From an uncultured Verrucomicrobia subdivision 3 bacterium (GTDB lineage: Bacteria; Verrucomicrobiota; Verrucomicrobiia; Limisphaerales; UBA11358): DNA of 64,000 nt. Below the pieces are notes generated by a model. It was given only the letters and a program-made list of their open reading frames with translations. It was not told the origin of the DNA and did no database searches. A program made the translations under genes and the position numbers. Where the stretch lies: NCBI GenBank assembly GCA_903878805.1, contig CAIRJF010000028.1, positions 81,490 to 145,489 on the forward strand, in the 5' to 3' direction. Below, piece after piece: positions 1 to 10,874 of the stretch (the first letter of the stretch is position 1; the number at the start of each line of letters is the position of its first letter).

Positions 1-208
1 AGGCGCTGCTCAAATATTTGAAGGAACAGGGATCGCCGCTGCCGGGCGGGGCTTTGCCCGCGACCGGGAAAAAATCTTCGGGGCAATGAGCGGCGGTGAC
101 GGCGTATAATCGGCCGGTAGAGCATTACTCCAATTGAGGTATATCTTTGTTTATTTCCGGTGCTACATTATTAACCATTAACAACCCAAAAACAAAACAA
201 ACCCGTCC

Positions 209-3200
209 ATGAAAAATCCCATCCTTAAAAAGAACCTGACGGCCTTTGCAGCCGCCTGGTTAGCCGCGCATACCGGTTTCGCCGCAAATTTGCTGCTGAC
301 CAATTCCGACCTCTTAACCCCTGGATCGGGCGGTTACTGGCCGAACGGTGCCAACTGGGTTGGCGGCGTGGCTCCCGGCCCAAACGATGTGGTCGTTTTG
401 TCTAATTCAGTTCCTTCCATGGCAAGTTATACTGGCCCTGCCGGCGGCGATTACAGCGGCGTTCCTTTCCCCTTTCAATACATAAAAGGTCTGGCCACTG
501 ATCCTGGCTGGACCAATTCGTATGATGGATTGGTGCCGCCGACGTCCATTGTGGATTCCATGACCATTGCCGGGCTATGGGTGCCGCAGACGAATGCGTA
601 TAATAATTGGGCGATGGGCAATCAGTTCACCAACGGCTGCCATAATCTTTATATCACCAACCAGCTGAACATTGTCAGCAGCACTCCAAAAGATATCTTC
701 CATATCTTTTCCAACACGGTGGCTATCGGCACCGGCTTTGATGGTAATGGCACAGCTTCATCAGGTGCAACCGTGCTTGCTTATGCCACCATTCGCGGCC
801 CAGGAAGCTTGAATGTGACGAATCCCAATGGTTGCATGTGGGTGGGGCAGGGTTCGCAGGGTGCCGGCGTTGCTGCGGGAACGCATGCGGCCATTTTGGA
901 TATGAGCGGGCTGAATACGTTCAACTGTGTTCTAAACGGACTTTATACCGCTTGTGATTTTAACACCGTGAATTCCGGAACCGATCCGACCTTGACCGGC
1001 TATGCCCGTCCGCAAGGTGCAATCTTTTTTGCGTTAACCAACAACATCACGCTGCTGGATACAAACTTTCCGGCATTGATTGTGGGTTATGAGAATAACA
1101 ACAATGGCAGTTCCTTTTGCATCTCCAACTGTTTGGGCAAGCTAAACTATTTGAATTTCGACCAAATGTTGGTTGGCGGGCCAAAAATGTCCTCTTCGGT
1201 GGGCGGTATGTATTTTATGCCGGTTAACTACTACGCAGCCACGCTAGGAACCAACAGCGGGGTGCCGGCCCTGACCGATTGTTATGCGAAGTTTCGAAAC
1301 ATTGACGGTGTGAGCCGTCAAACTGCCTGGATTCTGGGCGATGACTTATTTTCGTTGGGAACGACCACGTCCACCTACGGTAACGTCAATTTTGCACGCG
1401 GTGGCGTGGATGCGTTGGTAGATACCATTTACTGCGGTCGCGGTGCATCCCCGCTGACAAATACGGCGCTGAACTCTACTGGCACTGCGGTCGGTGCGCT
1501 GACTTTTGGTTCGGGAACCACTAATTTGAGCGTTATTGACGTCAACCAGTTGGAACTTGGAGACATGTTAAACTTTACCGCGCCGTGCCAGGGATCCGTC
1601 ACGGTTTATAGCAATGGCACGCTCAATGTTAACAATTACATCCGTTTGATCAACACGCCGCCCGGTGCCAGCAGTTCGTTGGCTTCACGGGGTTTCTTGT
1701 TTGTTTACGGTGGACTGGTAAATGTATCGGGCAACATTTTGAACAACGGAAGTCCGGGCGGCGGTGCCGCTTGGTTGTATGTTCAATATGGCGGCACCTT
1801 GGATATGCAGCCCAACCTCTCTAAGCCGCCGGGCAACATTTCTTGCTCTCTACTCCAATTTGCCAAAGGCACCATCAAGAATTTTGCAACTTTGAGCGTC
1901 AGCAATCTTGTCGTCCTGCCCCCAAATACTAACTTCGCCCTGTTAAGCGGTCAGGCGTTGTCTCCCGGTGGCTTGGGCTACAGCGATGTATTGACGATTG
2001 GTGTTACCAACACGGTTCCCGGTGCCACCACGTTGCAATTGGACGGCACCTACGTCACCAACAACGGCAATGGTTTGGTGGGTCTCTCTCTCAACAACAG
2101 CGCGCTCGTGATGGACATCGGCACCGGCAGCGATAAGATCAATGTGAACGGCAACATCACGCTGGCTGGCGTCAACCAGATTTATGTCAATCCGGTAGCG
2201 GGATTTGGACCGGGCACCTATCCGATTCTAACTTACAACACGAACACCGCCTGGCTAGATGCCAATGGAAGCAGCAATTTTGGACTTACCGGAAACGTGG
2301 CCACGCAGTTGGTCGCCGGCGGACCGGTTACCAACAGCTCCTATGTTGTTACATTTGATGCCAGCAACCCCGGCGTGATTAACATGATTGTTTCCATCGC
2401 CACGCCAACGGCCTTGACCTGGGTCGGCGACGGAACCGCCAATGCCTGGGATGTCGTCGGGGCCAACAATTGGAGCAACGGCGGCGGCGCGTCCAAGTTC
2501 TATCAATTTGACTCGGTGACCTTCAGCGACAGCGGCTCAGCGAGCCCGTCGGTGAATTTGACCGCTGCGGTGTATCCTACTTCCGTGACTACCACCGCCA
2601 ACCAGAATTATACGATTACTGGATCCGGACAGATCGCGGGCGGCGCTTCGCTCACCAAGGGCGGCAATGGCGATTTGAACCTGCTGACCACTAATACCTA
2701 CATCGGCGGAACAGCGATTAACGCCGGCACCTTGCGGCTGGGTAACGGTGTTTCTACTTCCGGGTTTCCTGGCAGCGGTGCGGTGAACATTGGTGCCAGC
2801 GGCAACTTGGCAATCGACGTTCCCCTAAATCAAATCCAATACCTGACGAATGCTTTGACGGGGGCAGGCATGATGACCGTGGAAGGCCCCGGAACGGTGT
2901 TCCTCATCAGCACAAACCAAACCTACTCCGGCTCCTATAAAGTTACAAACGGCATCCTATCTTCCGCCTATTGGTTTTCGATTAGCTCCAATGCGACGCC
3001 TACAACCAAGCTGATTTACGCCACGAATTCCGGCACTTTCGACATTAACGGCCTCAACTTGGCGAATTACATAACTATTTCAGGCAGCGGTTACAATGGC
3101 ATTGGTGCTTTGGTGAACAATGGGGTGGCACAAGCGAACGCAACGATGCAGGTGTTTATGGCGGGTGACGCTGCTGTCGGCGGAAATTTCCGCATGGACT

Positions 3201-4477
3201 TGAACGGAATTAGCGCCACCCCGAGCGGCTTGACCGGCAACGGCTTTAACCTAACCAAGGTGGGCAGCAACTGCGTGTCTTTATACAATAACTCCACTAA
3301 CGTGTTCACCAATAACATCGGTAACATCACAGTGAGTGCCGGCGTCTTGCGCGTGCAAAACGGCAGCTTGCTGACAACGAACGCGGCCAAAACCATCACT
3401 GTGGCTGGCGGGGCAACTTTGGAGATGAACAACGTGTGGGTCCGGGCCGCAGTCACAAATTCCGCCATCTTGCAGAATGGTTCATGCATTTATGGAACCG
3501 GCGGAACGGGGACCAATATCACGAGCGGATTTACCAACGTCCAAGGTAACATCTATGGTGGAAACATCAGCTTGAATGGTTCTGACGTATTTGACGTCTC
3601 GCCCAATTCCATATTGAACATTTCTGGCCTCATTTCCGGCAGCGGAAGCCTGGTGAAAGGCATCGGCACTCATTCGGCCAGCGCCACGACTCCGGTCAGC
3701 ACGGGAACGGGAACCCTCATTTTGGCGGGCGCAAACACCTTCAATGGCAGCCTAGTGGTGCAAACCGGGACTGTGGTGCTCACTAACAGTGGTTCTGTGG
3801 CTCTCGCAACCAACATCGCTCTGGTCGGCGGCGTGCTGAACGCCGCCGCGCGGACGGATGGATCGTTGACCGTGGCCGCAAGTCAGACGTTGAGCGGTGT
3901 GGGCATGGTTGTGGGCACGCTGGTGGTGTTGACCAATGCCATCATTGCTCCCGGCAGCCCGTTCGGCACCATATCGAACGTTGGCAATGCGTTCTTGGCC
4001 GGCACCGCGAACATGAGCATCAACAAAACCAACGGTGTGCTATCCAACTCGCAATTAGGCGTTTCCGGCGGACTGCAACTAGGCGGCACGGTGAACGTGG
4101 TATTCTCCGGCAGCGGACTAACCAACGGCGACAAGTTCCAACTGTTTTCGTCAGCGGTCATTTCCAGCAATTTCACCACTGTCAATTTGCCATCGGGCTA
4201 CATTTGGACAAATAACTTGAGCGTGGATGGAAGCCTCATTTCGGGTGGCGCGGTGTCCGAGCCGACCAACCTACCTTCCCTGACCGCCAGTTCGACCGGC
4301 GGCAGCCTGACTTTGTCATGGCCGTTGGCTTACTACAGCTATGTGTTGCAGTCGCAGACAAACACATTGAATGTGGGATTAAGTTCAAACTGGGTGACGG
4401 TGCCGACCGTTAACAACACAATTACTGTTCCCATCAACCCGGCGAACGGCAGTGTGTTTTACCGGTTGAAACATTAA
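209..4477 (+). CDS. Giant secreted autotransporter-associated beta-strand-repeat protein (adhesin-like, 1422 aa)
   Basis: N-terminal signal peptide (MKNPILKKNLTAFAAAWLAAHTGFA). Gly/Asn/Thr-rich. Repeated motifs such as GGNGDLNLLTTNTYIGGTAINAGTLRLGNG and GTGTLILAGANTFNGSLVVQTGTVVLTN are typical of the autotransporter-associated beta strand repeat. C-terminal ~65-aa module ends in FYRLKH. Confidence 0.8.
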   Translation: MKNPILKKNLTAFAAAWLAAHTGFAANLLLTNSDLLTPGSGGYWPNGANWVGGVAPGPNDVVVLSNSVPSMASYTGPAGGDYSGVPFPFQYIKGLATDPGWTNSYDGLVPPTSIVDSMTIAGLWVPQTNAYNNWAMGNQFTNGCHNLYITNQLNIVSSTPKDIFHIFSNTVAIGTGFDGNGTASSGATVLAYATIRGPGSLNVTNPNGCMWVGQGSQGAGVAAGTHAAILDMSGLNTFNCVLNGLYTACDFNTVNSGTDPTLTGYARPQGAIFFALTNNITLLDTNFPALIVGYENNNNGSSFCISNCLGKLNYLNFDQMLVGGPKMSSSVGGMYFMPVNYYAATLGTNSGVPALTDCYAKFRNIDGVSRQTAWILGDDLFSLGTTTSTYGNVNFARGGVDALVDTIYCGRGASPLTNTALNSTGTAVGALTFGSGTTNLSVIDVNQLELGDMLNFTAPCQGSVTVYSNGTLNVNNYIRLINTPPGASSSLASRGFLFVYGGLVNVSGNILNNGSPGGGAAWLYVQYGGTLDMQPNLSKPPGNISCSLLQFAKGTIKNFATLSVSNLVVLPPNTNFALLSGQALSPGGLGYSDVLTIGVTNTVPGATTLQLDGTYVTNNGNGLVGLSLNNSALVMDIGTGSDKINVNGNITLAGVNQIYVNPVAGFGPGTYPILTYNTNTAWLDANGSSNFGLTGNVATQLVAGGPVTNSSYVVTFDASNPGVINMIVSIATPTALTWVGDGTANAWDVVGANNWSNGGGASKFYQFDSVTFSDSGSASPSVNLTAAVYPTSVTTTANQNYTITGSGQIAGGASLTKGGNGDLNLLTTNTYIGGTAINAGTLRLGNGVSTSGFPGSGAVNIGASGNLAIDVPLNQIQYLTNALTGAGMMTVEGPGTVFLISTNQTYSGSYKVTNGILSSAYWFSISSNATPTTKLIYATNSGTFDINGLNLANYITISGSGYNGIGALVNNGVAQANATMQVFMAGDAAVGGNFRMDLNGISATPSGLTGNGFNLTKVGSNCVSLYNNSTNVFTNNIGNITVSAGVLRVQNGSLLTTNAAKTITVAGGATLEMNNVWVRAAVTNSAILQNGSCIYGTGGTGTNITSGFTNVQGNIYGGNISLNGSDVFDVSPNSILNISGLISGSGSLVKGIGTHSASATTPVSTGTGTLILAGANTFNGSLVVQTGTVVLTNSGSVALATNIALVGGVLNAAARTDGSLTVAASQTLSGVGMVVGTLVVLTNAIIAPGSPFGTISNVGNAFLAGTANMSINKTNGVLSNSQLGVSGGLQLGGTVNVVFSGSGLTNGDKFQLFSSAVISSNFTTVNLPSGYIWTNNLSVDGSLISGGAVSEPTNLPSLTASSTGGSLTLSWPLAYYSYVLQSQTNTLNVGLSSNWVTVPTVNNTITVPINPANGSVFYRLKH

Positions 4478-4498
4478 TGTGTCTTTGCATTTATTGGT

Positions 4499-4528
4499 GC
4501 AGCACCCAGGTTCAACCTTGGGTGCTGC
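4499..4528 (+). promoter_or_regulatory. 12-bp stem-loop between the giant surface-protein gene and the pseudopilin-like gene
   Basis: GCAGCACCCAGG-TTCAAC-CTTGGGTGCTGC (one G-U pair). No following T-tract, so it is not a canonical intrinsic terminator. Confidence 0.3.
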
Positions 4529-4553
4529 CTCGGGCTGGTAGGAGTATTTGATT

Positions 4554-5378
4554 ATGAAGAATAAACGCGCGTTCACTTTGATAGAACTGCTGGTAGTGAT
4601 TGCCATCATCGCCATTTTGGCGGCGATGCTGCTGCCCGCCTTGTCCAAGGCCAAGGCCAAGGCACAGGGTGTGAAGTGCATGAGCAATATGAAAAACTGG
4701 GGCATGGCCTTGGTTATGTATCAGGGCGACAGCCAGGATTTGATCCCCTACTTTGCGGTCTGCGAGTATCCCTCCGACCCGACAACTAAGAATGTGATTT
4801 TTGATTTTTTATATCCATATATTAATCCAAGCAAAGTTAACAGCGCTGTCCAAGGAACAACTCTTTGGCTGGATGATCCGGTGCGCACTTGCCCGGGTGG
4901 ATCTTACGGTGCTCCGCCATTTTATTCGGTTGGAGGACGCGGAGCGGTATCGGCCTGGGGGCCTACCAATTGGAACTGTCATATCGGGGTCAACTTTGGG
5001 CTCTGGAATCCCGCCAAATACCCGAAACTAAACGCCCCGTTTTATTATGGCAAAATTAATGAGACGGATCCTATGAATCCGGCGGTGAAAGCCAGCATGA
5101 TTTCTCAGCCTTCGGCTGCGCTGATGTTCATGGATGTGGAGGCGTATTATGTCTATTCGCCTCTGTATATTCCGTGGAATGGCGATGCGAATGGGGACGG
5201 AATTCCTGACAGCAACACGAGTTATTCCCCATTTAACAACGGTCGTCCAACGGTTCATAATAATGCGGCGAATGTCAGCTGTCTGGATGGCCATGTGGAG
5301 CGGATGCCCTATAAAACGCTCTGGGCGGCCGATACCAGCGGCAATCCGCTTTGCAACTACTGGGTCATGCAGCCGTAA
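4554..5378 (+). CDS. Prepilin-type N-terminal cleavage/methylation domain protein, H-X9-DG (DUF1559-like) family
   Basis: [30 protein letters not shown] is a class III (type IV pilin-like) signal. C-terminal [12 protein letters not shown] fits H-X9-DG exactly. AGGAG lies ~9 nt upstream of the ATG at 4554 (the ORF track starts at TTG 4548). Confidence 0.85.
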   Translation: MKNKRAFTLIELLVVIAIIAILAAMLLPALSKAKAKAQGVKCMSNMKNWGMALVMYQGDSQDLIPYFAVCEYPSDPTTKNVIFDFLYPYINPSKVNSAVQGTTLWLDDPVRTCPGGSYGAPPFYSVGGRGAVSAWGPTNWNCHIGVNFGLWNPAKYPKLNAPFYYGKINETDPMNPAVKASMISQPSAALMFMDVEAYYVYSPLYIPWNGDANGDGIPDSNTSYSPFNNGRPTVHNNAANVSCLDGHVERMPYKTLWAADTSGNPLCNYWVMQP

Positions 5379-5449
5379 CGGCAGTTGGTTTGTTCGCGGA
5401 TAATAAAATAATTTACCGTTGCGGAATCTGCTATGAATCCGGGGTCACT

Positions 5450-6208
5450 ATGAAAATACAAGTTTACCAGGAAAGAAATGAATTGGGCGTAGCCGCTGCG
5501 GCGACTGCGGCCGGGGTTTTAAAATCTTGCATCACGCAGCAAAGTCACGTGCGCATCATCGCTGCGACGGGGGCTTCGCAATTCAAATTTTTGGAATCGC
5601 TGACGTCCACGCCGGACATTGACTGGTCGAAGGTGGAGATGTTCCACCTGGATGAATACGTAGGCCTTCCGGTCACACATCCGGCGAGCTTCCGGAAATA
5701 TCTTTTGGAGCGACTCATTCACCGCGCCGGCATTGAAAATTATCATCTACTCGATGGCGAGCGCGATGTGGTCGGCGTCTGCGAACGCACCGGCACGCTC
5801 ATCTCCCAAGCACCGATTGACGTGGCGTTCGTGGGCATCGGCGAGAACGGGCATCTGGCGTTCAATGATCCGCCGGCAGATTTTCAGACGGAAAAACCTT
5901 ATTTGGTGGTCAACCTTGACGAAGCGTGTCGCTGTCAGCAGGTCGGCGAAGGCTGGTTCAAAAACATGGACGAGGTTCCGAAACAGGCGATTTCGATGTC
6001 CATCCGCCAGATCATGAAGACGAAAAAAATCCTCTGCATCGTTCCGGATTTACGCAAGGCGCTGGCAGTGAAAAATTGTTTGGAAGGTTCTGTGGTGCCA
6101 GATGCGCCAGCTTCGATTTTGCAACAGCATCCCGACGTGACGGTGTTCTTGGACACCGCCTCCGCATCGTTGTTGAACAACCGTCCGCCGATTACCCATG
6201 CGGATTGA
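5450..6208 (+). CDS. nagB: Glucosamine-6-phosphate deaminase (NagB / 6-phosphogluconolactonase superfamily)
   Basis: MKIQVY...[16 protein letters not shown]...FHLDEYVGL...[15 protein letters not shown] are the classic NagB motifs. The internal ATG at 5450 is chosen because the 5351 start would overlap the upstream gene. Confidence 0.85.
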   Translation: MKIQVYQERNELGVAAAATAAGVLKSCITQQSHVRIIAATGASQFKFLESLTSTPDIDWSKVEMFHLDEYVGLPVTHPASFRKYLLERLIHRAGIENYHLLDGERDVVGVCERTGTLISQAPIDVAFVGIGENGHLAFNDPPADFQTEKPYLVVNLDEACRCQQVGEGWFKNMDEVPKQAISMSIRQIMKTKKILCIVPDLRKALAVKNCLEGSVVPDAPASILQQHPDVTVFLDTASASLLNNRPPITHAD

Positions 6209-7172
6209 CCTGCCAGGATTTTTTGATCTGCAGGTCAACGGCTTTGCGGGCGTTGATTTCAATGATCCTGACGCCGGGGATGACGAGATTTTGCGCGCCG
6301 CCAAAAAACTGCGCGACACTGGTGTCACTGTTTTTTTACCAGCATTGATTACCTCCTCGATCGAACGGTTCAGCCGATGTGCAAAAAAAATGTTGCGTGT
6401 AAAACCGGCAGGCTTCGCGGGTTTTCACATGGAAGGCCCTTATATTTCCCCCGAAGACGGGCCGCGCGGTGCGCATCCGCGTCCGTTTGTTTCCAACGCA
6501 AGCATCGAAGATTTTTCCCGGCGGCAGGAAGCGGCCGAGGGAAAAATTCTTTTGGTGACACTTGCTCCGGAAGTTCCTGGTGCATTGCCGCTCATTGAAC
6601 ATCTCGTCCAACTCGGTGTCAGCGTTGCCATCGGTCACACCGCCGCCACGCCAGATCAGATTGCCACTGCGGTGAAAGCCGGAGCCACGCTCTCAACGCA
6701 TCTCGGCAACGGTTGCCATTTGGAGATGCCGCGGCATCCAAATCTGATTTGGGAACAACTCGCGGATGATTGCTTGTTTGCGTCGCTGATCGTGGATGGC
6801 CATCATCTACCGCCAGCGACTGTGAAGGCGTTTGTGCGCGCAAAAGGTGTCGAGCGAATCATTCTTACCACGGACGCGATGGCGGCGGCGGGCTGTGGGC
6901 CGGGAAGTTTTCAATTGAACGGAACGACGGTGACGGTCAGTGCCGACGGACGCGTTTCGCCGCCGGGAAAACCGTGGCTGGCGGGATCATCGTTGACGAT
7001 GAATTGCGCCGTCGCCAACACGGTGAAGTTCACCGGCCTGCCTTTGGAAACCGTCTGGCAAATGGCCTCTTCCCGGCCGGCGAATTTTTTCGGTATGAAA
7101 CCAGCAGGGCACGTGACCGGCGAATGGGATGAAATAAATTTCCAGCTCACAATCCGAGAGGTGGTCACATGA
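6198..7172 (+). CDS. nagA: N-acetylglucosamine-6-phosphate deacetylase-like amidohydrolase (short form)
   Basis: [18 protein letters not shown] matches the E. coli-type NagA PGFIDVQLNGCGGVQFND region. AIGHTAAT and STHLGNG are amidohydrolase motifs. 11-nt overlap with nagB. It lacks ~50 N-terminal residues of canonical NagA. Confidence 0.75.
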   Translation: MRIDLPGFFDLQVNGFAGVDFNDPDAGDDEILRAAKKLRDTGVTVFLPALITSSIERFSRCAKKMLRVKPAGFAGFHMEGPYISPEDGPRGAHPRPFVSNASIEDFSRRQEAAEGKILLVTLAPEVPGALPLIEHLVQLGVSVAIGHTAATPDQIATAVKAGATLSTHLGNGCHLEMPRHPNLIWEQLADDCLFASLIVDGHHLPPATVKAFVRAKGVERIILTTDAMAAAGCGPGSFQLNGTTVTVSADGRVSPPGKPWLAGSSLTMNCAVANTVKFTGLPLETVWQMASSRPANFFGMKPAGHVTGEWDEINFQLTIREVVT

Positions 7173-8428
7173 TTGTCGCGACGATAAAAAATTTGCGTTG
7201 GTATATCGTGAGTCTGCTGTGCCTCGCGTCCGCGCTGAATTATCTCGACCGTCAGACGCTCTCGGTTCTGATCGGAACCATCAAAGAGGAACTACATTTG
7301 AACAACGCCAGCTATGGCAAAATCAATGCGTGGTTCTTGGCAAGCTACGGCGTGATGTATGCGGTGAGCGGACGTGTCATCGACGTGATCGGCACGCGGC
7401 GCGGGTTTGTGGTGTTTGTGACTGGCTGGTCGCTGGCGAACATGATGCATATGTTCGCGACTACGGTCGGACAATTTTCTTTTTTTCGTTTGCTGCTCGG
7501 TGTGTTCGAACCGGGTAGTTTTACCGGTGGCGTGCGCGCGGTGAGCGAATGGTTTCCGATGCAGGATCGCGCATTGGCGATTGGCATTTTCAATTCCGGC
7601 ACAGCCATCGGCTCGATGATTTCCGCGCCGGTGGTGTCGTTGATCGCGATGCATTACGGCTGGCGTGCGGCGTTTCTCACCACGGGTTTGCTGGGTTTGG
7701 TGTGGGTGACGGCCTGGTGGTTTCTCTACAAACTTCCCAGCCAACATCCGCGTCTCGGAGCGGACGAACGGAAATTAATCGAGGATGGCCGGCCGGCTTC
7801 GGCTCAAACTAAATCACCGCCACTGTCCCGCCTACTCAAGATGAAAGAAACCTGGGGCTGCGTGCTCGTCCGTGCATTAACCGATCCCATCAGTTATTTT
7901 TTGCTGTTCTGGATTCCGCTTTATTTTCAGAAGCGTCACGGCTTTGATCTTACGAAAATTGGATTGTTTGTCTGGATTCCGTTTGCCGCCGCCGCTTTGG
8001 GCAGCTTGATGAGCGGGGTGATTCCGCGTTATCTAATTTCGCTCGGTTGGTCGTTGGACAAGGCGCGCAAGACGACGATGTCTGTGATGACCGCCGGAAT
8101 TTTTTTTGGCGCAATCTGCGCCACGCAAGTGGCGCAGGCAGGACTGGCCTTGGCGCTCGTGGCCACGATGACTTTTTGCCACGCCGGCTGGAGCAACATC
8201 ACGCTGCCGGCAGAAATTTTTCCGACCTGCGCCGTCGCAACGGTGACGGGCTTGGGCGGAATGCTCGGCTCGTGGATGGGGGCGCTGTCGCAACTTTACA
8301 TTGGTCGCGTGGTGGATGCCTGGGGATTCACGCCAATTTTTATGGCGTGCGCCGGGCTTTATCCGCTCGCGCTGTTGCTGGTGTTTGTGCTCGTCGGACG
8401 ATTGGGCGTGGTGCGCTCGGTTGCTTAA
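7169..8428 (+). CDS. MFS transporter (anion:cation symporter / hexuronate-type)
   Basis: ~12 hydrophobic segments. The N-terminal LNYLDRQTLSV motif is typical of ACS-family MFS transporters. ATGA overlap with nagA. Confidence 0.8.
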   Translation: MIVATIKNLRWYIVSLLCLASALNYLDRQTLSVLIGTIKEELHLNNASYGKINAWFLASYGVMYAVSGRVIDVIGTRRGFVVFVTGWSLANMMHMFATTVGQFSFFRLLLGVFEPGSFTGGVRAVSEWFPMQDRALAIGIFNSGTAIGSMISAPVVSLIAMHYGWRAAFLTTGLLGLVWVTAWWFLYKLPSQHPRLGADERKLIEDGRPASAQTKSPPLSRLLKMKETWGCVLVRALTDPISYFLLFWIPLYFQKRHGFDLTKIGLFVWIPFAAAALGSLMSGVIPRYLISLGWSLDKARKTTMSVMTAGIFFGAICATQVAQAGLALALVATMTFCHAGWSNITLPAEIFPTCAVATVTGLGGMLGSWMGALSQLYIGRVVDAWGFTPIFMACAGLYPLALLLVFVLVGRLGVVRSVA

Positions 8429-8434
8429 AAAATT

Positions 8435-9478
8435 ATGAAAAGTGAACATTGGTTGAGAATTGGGAAACTCGTTTTGGTTGCCGGACTGTGGTTGACGCAA
8501 TCTGCTGTTGGGGCTGAACTACGCATTGGCATCATCGGCTGCGACACGTCGCATTGCGTGGCATTCACCGAGACGTTCAACAATCCGCAGGGCAAGTCGT
8601 ATGTGCCGGGCGGCAAAGTTGTCGCCGCTTACAAAGGCGGCAGCGCGGATTTGCCGCAGAGCATTTCGCGCGTCGAAAATATTGCTACGAATCTTCAATC
8701 GAAATACGGCGTGAAGATTTATGATACGATCGAGGAATTGTGCTCAAACGTGGACGTGATTTTGTTGGAAAGCGTGGATGGCCGGCCGCACCTCGCGCAA
8801 GTGAGGCCGGTGATCGCCGCGCGCAAGCCGGTGTTTGTGGACAAGCCGTGCACGGCGTCGTTGGAAGATGCGCTCGAAATGTTCCGACTGTCGAAGGCGG
8901 CGAACGTGCCGATTTTCAGTTCCTCAAGTCTGCGATTTGCGAAAGACACGCAGGCCGTGCATAGCGGCTCGATTGGCAAAGTTTTTTGCGCCGAGACTAC
9001 CAGCCCGCTCGAATTGGAACCGCACCATCCCGAACTCTTCTGGTATGGCGTGCATGGCGTGGAATCACTATTTACGGTGATGGGCACGGGCTGCGAAACC
9101 GTCCAACGTCGGATCGGCACAAACGGTTTGGTGGAAGTGGTTGGCACCTGGCATGGCGGGCGCACGGGAATTTATCGTGAGGAAAAACAAAAAAATTACA
9201 ACGCAAACTACCACGGCATCGCCAAGGGCGAGAAAGGCGAGGCGAAGATCGGTTCATTCGACGGCTACGCGCCCTTGGACGAGGCGATCATGAAATTTTT
9301 CCAAAATGGCGTCGCGCCGGTGCCGCCGGAGGAGACGATTGAAATCATGGCCTTCATGCAGGCCGCGCAGGAGAGCAAGGACAGAGACGGCGCGATAATT
9401 CGATTGGAAGATGTGATCACAAAAGTTCATCAACAGGTCAGGGCGGATTCCGGAAAAACACTAGCGCATGAGAATTGA
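8435..9478 (+). CDS. Secreted Gfo/Idh/MocA-family oxidoreductase
   Basis: Signal peptide followed by a Rossmann start LRIGIIGCDTSHC. VFVDKP motif. Confidence 0.7.
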   Translation: MKSEHWLRIGKLVLVAGLWLTQSAVGAELRIGIIGCDTSHCVAFTETFNNPQGKSYVPGGKVVAAYKGGSADLPQSISRVENIATNLQSKYGVKIYDTIEELCSNVDVILLESVDGRPHLAQVRPVIAARKPVFVDKPCTASLEDALEMFRLSKAANVPIFSSSSLRFAKDTQAVHSGSIGKVFCAETTSPLELEPHHPELFWYGVHGVESLFTVMGTGCETVQRRIGTNGLVEVVGTWHGGRTGIYREEKQKNYNANYHGIAKGEKGEAKIGSFDGYAPLDEAIMKFFQNGVAPVPPEETIEIMAFMQAAQESKDRDGAIIRLEDVITKVHQQVRADSGKTLAHEN

Positions 9479-10874
9479 CTGCCTCAAACCGATTTTTTTC
9501 CTCACGGTCTGCGCGCTGTTTTTGACGGCGTCCCCGGCGCGTGCGAAGGAGACGTGGAAAGCCGGCACCGCAAAAGCCGTCATCACGCCGACGGAAAAAA
9601 TGTGGCTCGCCGGATTTGCGAACCGCACCAATCCGGCGACCGGCAGTAAGCTGATGGATCTGTGGGTCAAGGCGATGGCGCTCGAAGATGCGTCAGGACA
9701 TCGCGCGGTCATACTCACGGCCGACCTGCTTGGCATTCCGCAAAGTGTTTATCAGCACGTCAGCGCCGCCATCGAAAAAAAATACGCGCTGCAACCGGAT
9801 CAAATTTTGCTCTGCGCGTCGCACACGCATTGCGGACCGGTGTTGCGCGATGCGCTCTACGACATTTATCCGCTCGACCAGACGCAGCGTGATTTGATTG
9901 AAAAATACACGACCCAGCTCGAATCACAGATGATTGATGTCGCGGGCGCGGCCATTGCCAATCTGGAACCGGTGCGAATCACTGCCGGTCAAGGCACGAC
10001 CGCGTTTGCGGTGAATCGTAGAAATAATCCAGAACCAAAAGTTTCCGACCTGATCGAGACTGGCGAACTTAAAGGGCCGGTGGATCATTCCGTGCCGGTG
10101 CTGGCGGTGTATTCGCCTGACGGAAAATTAAAGTCGGTTTTGTTCGGCTACGCGTGCCACAACACCACGTTGCAACTCAATGAATGGAGCGGTGATTACG
10201 CGGGCTTCGCGCAAAGCGCGCTCGAAAAAAATCATCCCGGCGCGCAGGCGATGTTTTTCATGGGCTGTGGCGGCGATCAAAATCCGTTGCCGCGTCATGA
10301 GATTTATTTGAGCCAGCGTTACGGCCACATGCTGGCGTCCGCAGTCGAAGAAGTTTTGCTCGCGCCACCGCACAATCTGCCGCCGGAACTCATCACCAAA
10401 ATGAAAACAATCACGCTGCCGTTCGGTGCGCCACTGATGATTGATGAATTGCAGACTCTGAAAAATGATTCACAGCCACCGACGCGCCGTTGGGCCGCAC
10501 GCTGGCTGGGTTTTTTGCAGTCGGGTAAAACGCCAGCGCACGATTATCCATTTCCCATTCAGGCTTGGCAGTTCGGCGGACAACAACTGCTGCTCACGCT
10601 GGGCGGCGAACCGGTGGTGGATTATGCGAATAAATTCAAGCAGTCATTCGGCGCACAGACATGGGTCGCTGGCTATTGCAACGACGTCATGACTTACATC
10701 CCGTCGCTGCGCGTGTTGCGCGAGGATGCAGTGACGAAACCCGGCGCGCGCTGGGGTTACGAGGGCAGCTATTGTTTTGTCGTCTATGGCTTGCCTGCCA
10801 AACGCTGGGGCGAAAACGTGGAAGACTTGATCACTGGCGGCGCAAAAGAACTCGTGGGGGAAATTCAAAAATGA
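9468..10874 (+). CDS. Neutral/alkaline non-lysosomal ceramidase-like amidohydrolase, exported copy
   Basis: Signal peptide (FFLTVCALFLTASPARA). AKAVITP...LAGF... and CASHTHCGP motifs. Paralog of 20300-21592. Confidence 0.7.
   Translation: MRIDCLKPIFFLTVCALFLTASPARAKETWKAGTAKAVITPTEKMWLAGFANRTNPATGSKLMDLWVKAMALEDASGHRAVILTADLLGIPQSVYQHVSAAIEKKYALQPDQILLCASHTHCGPVLRDALYDIYPLDQTQRDLIEKYTTQLESQMIDVAGAAIANLEPVRITAGQGTTAFAVNRRNNPEPKVSDLIETGELKGPVDHSVPVLAVYSPDGKLKSVLFGYACHNTTLQLNEWSGDYAGFAQSALEKNHPGAQAMFFMGCGGDQNPLPRHEIYLSQRYGHMLASAVEEVLLAPPHNLPPELITKMKTITLPFGAPLMIDELQTLKNDSQPPTRRWAARWLGFLQSGKTPAHDYPFPIQAWQFGGQQLLLTLGGEPVVDYANKFKQSFGAQTWVAGYCNDVMTYIPSLRVLREDAVTKPGARWGYEGSYCFVVYGLPAKRWGENVEDLITGGAKELVGEIQK

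Noticed and set aside
1-110. Possible 3' end of an upstream + strand gene. Two frames stay open to stops near 88 and 110.
   Set aside because: Too short to choose a frame or assign a function, so it is not reported as a feature.
5351-5449. N-terminal extensions of the track ORFs: 5351 for nagB, 10661 for the lipoprotein, 21352 for the GH42-like gene, 24783 for GH20, 56457 for argB, 33618 for the nucleotidyltransferase, 43138 for the SMP-30 gene and 63201 for the ppiD-like gene.
   Set aside because: The extensions overlap the upstream gene or a divergent gene and look non-protein-like. Internal ATGs give canonical N-termini or signal peptides, often with ATGA stop/start overlap.
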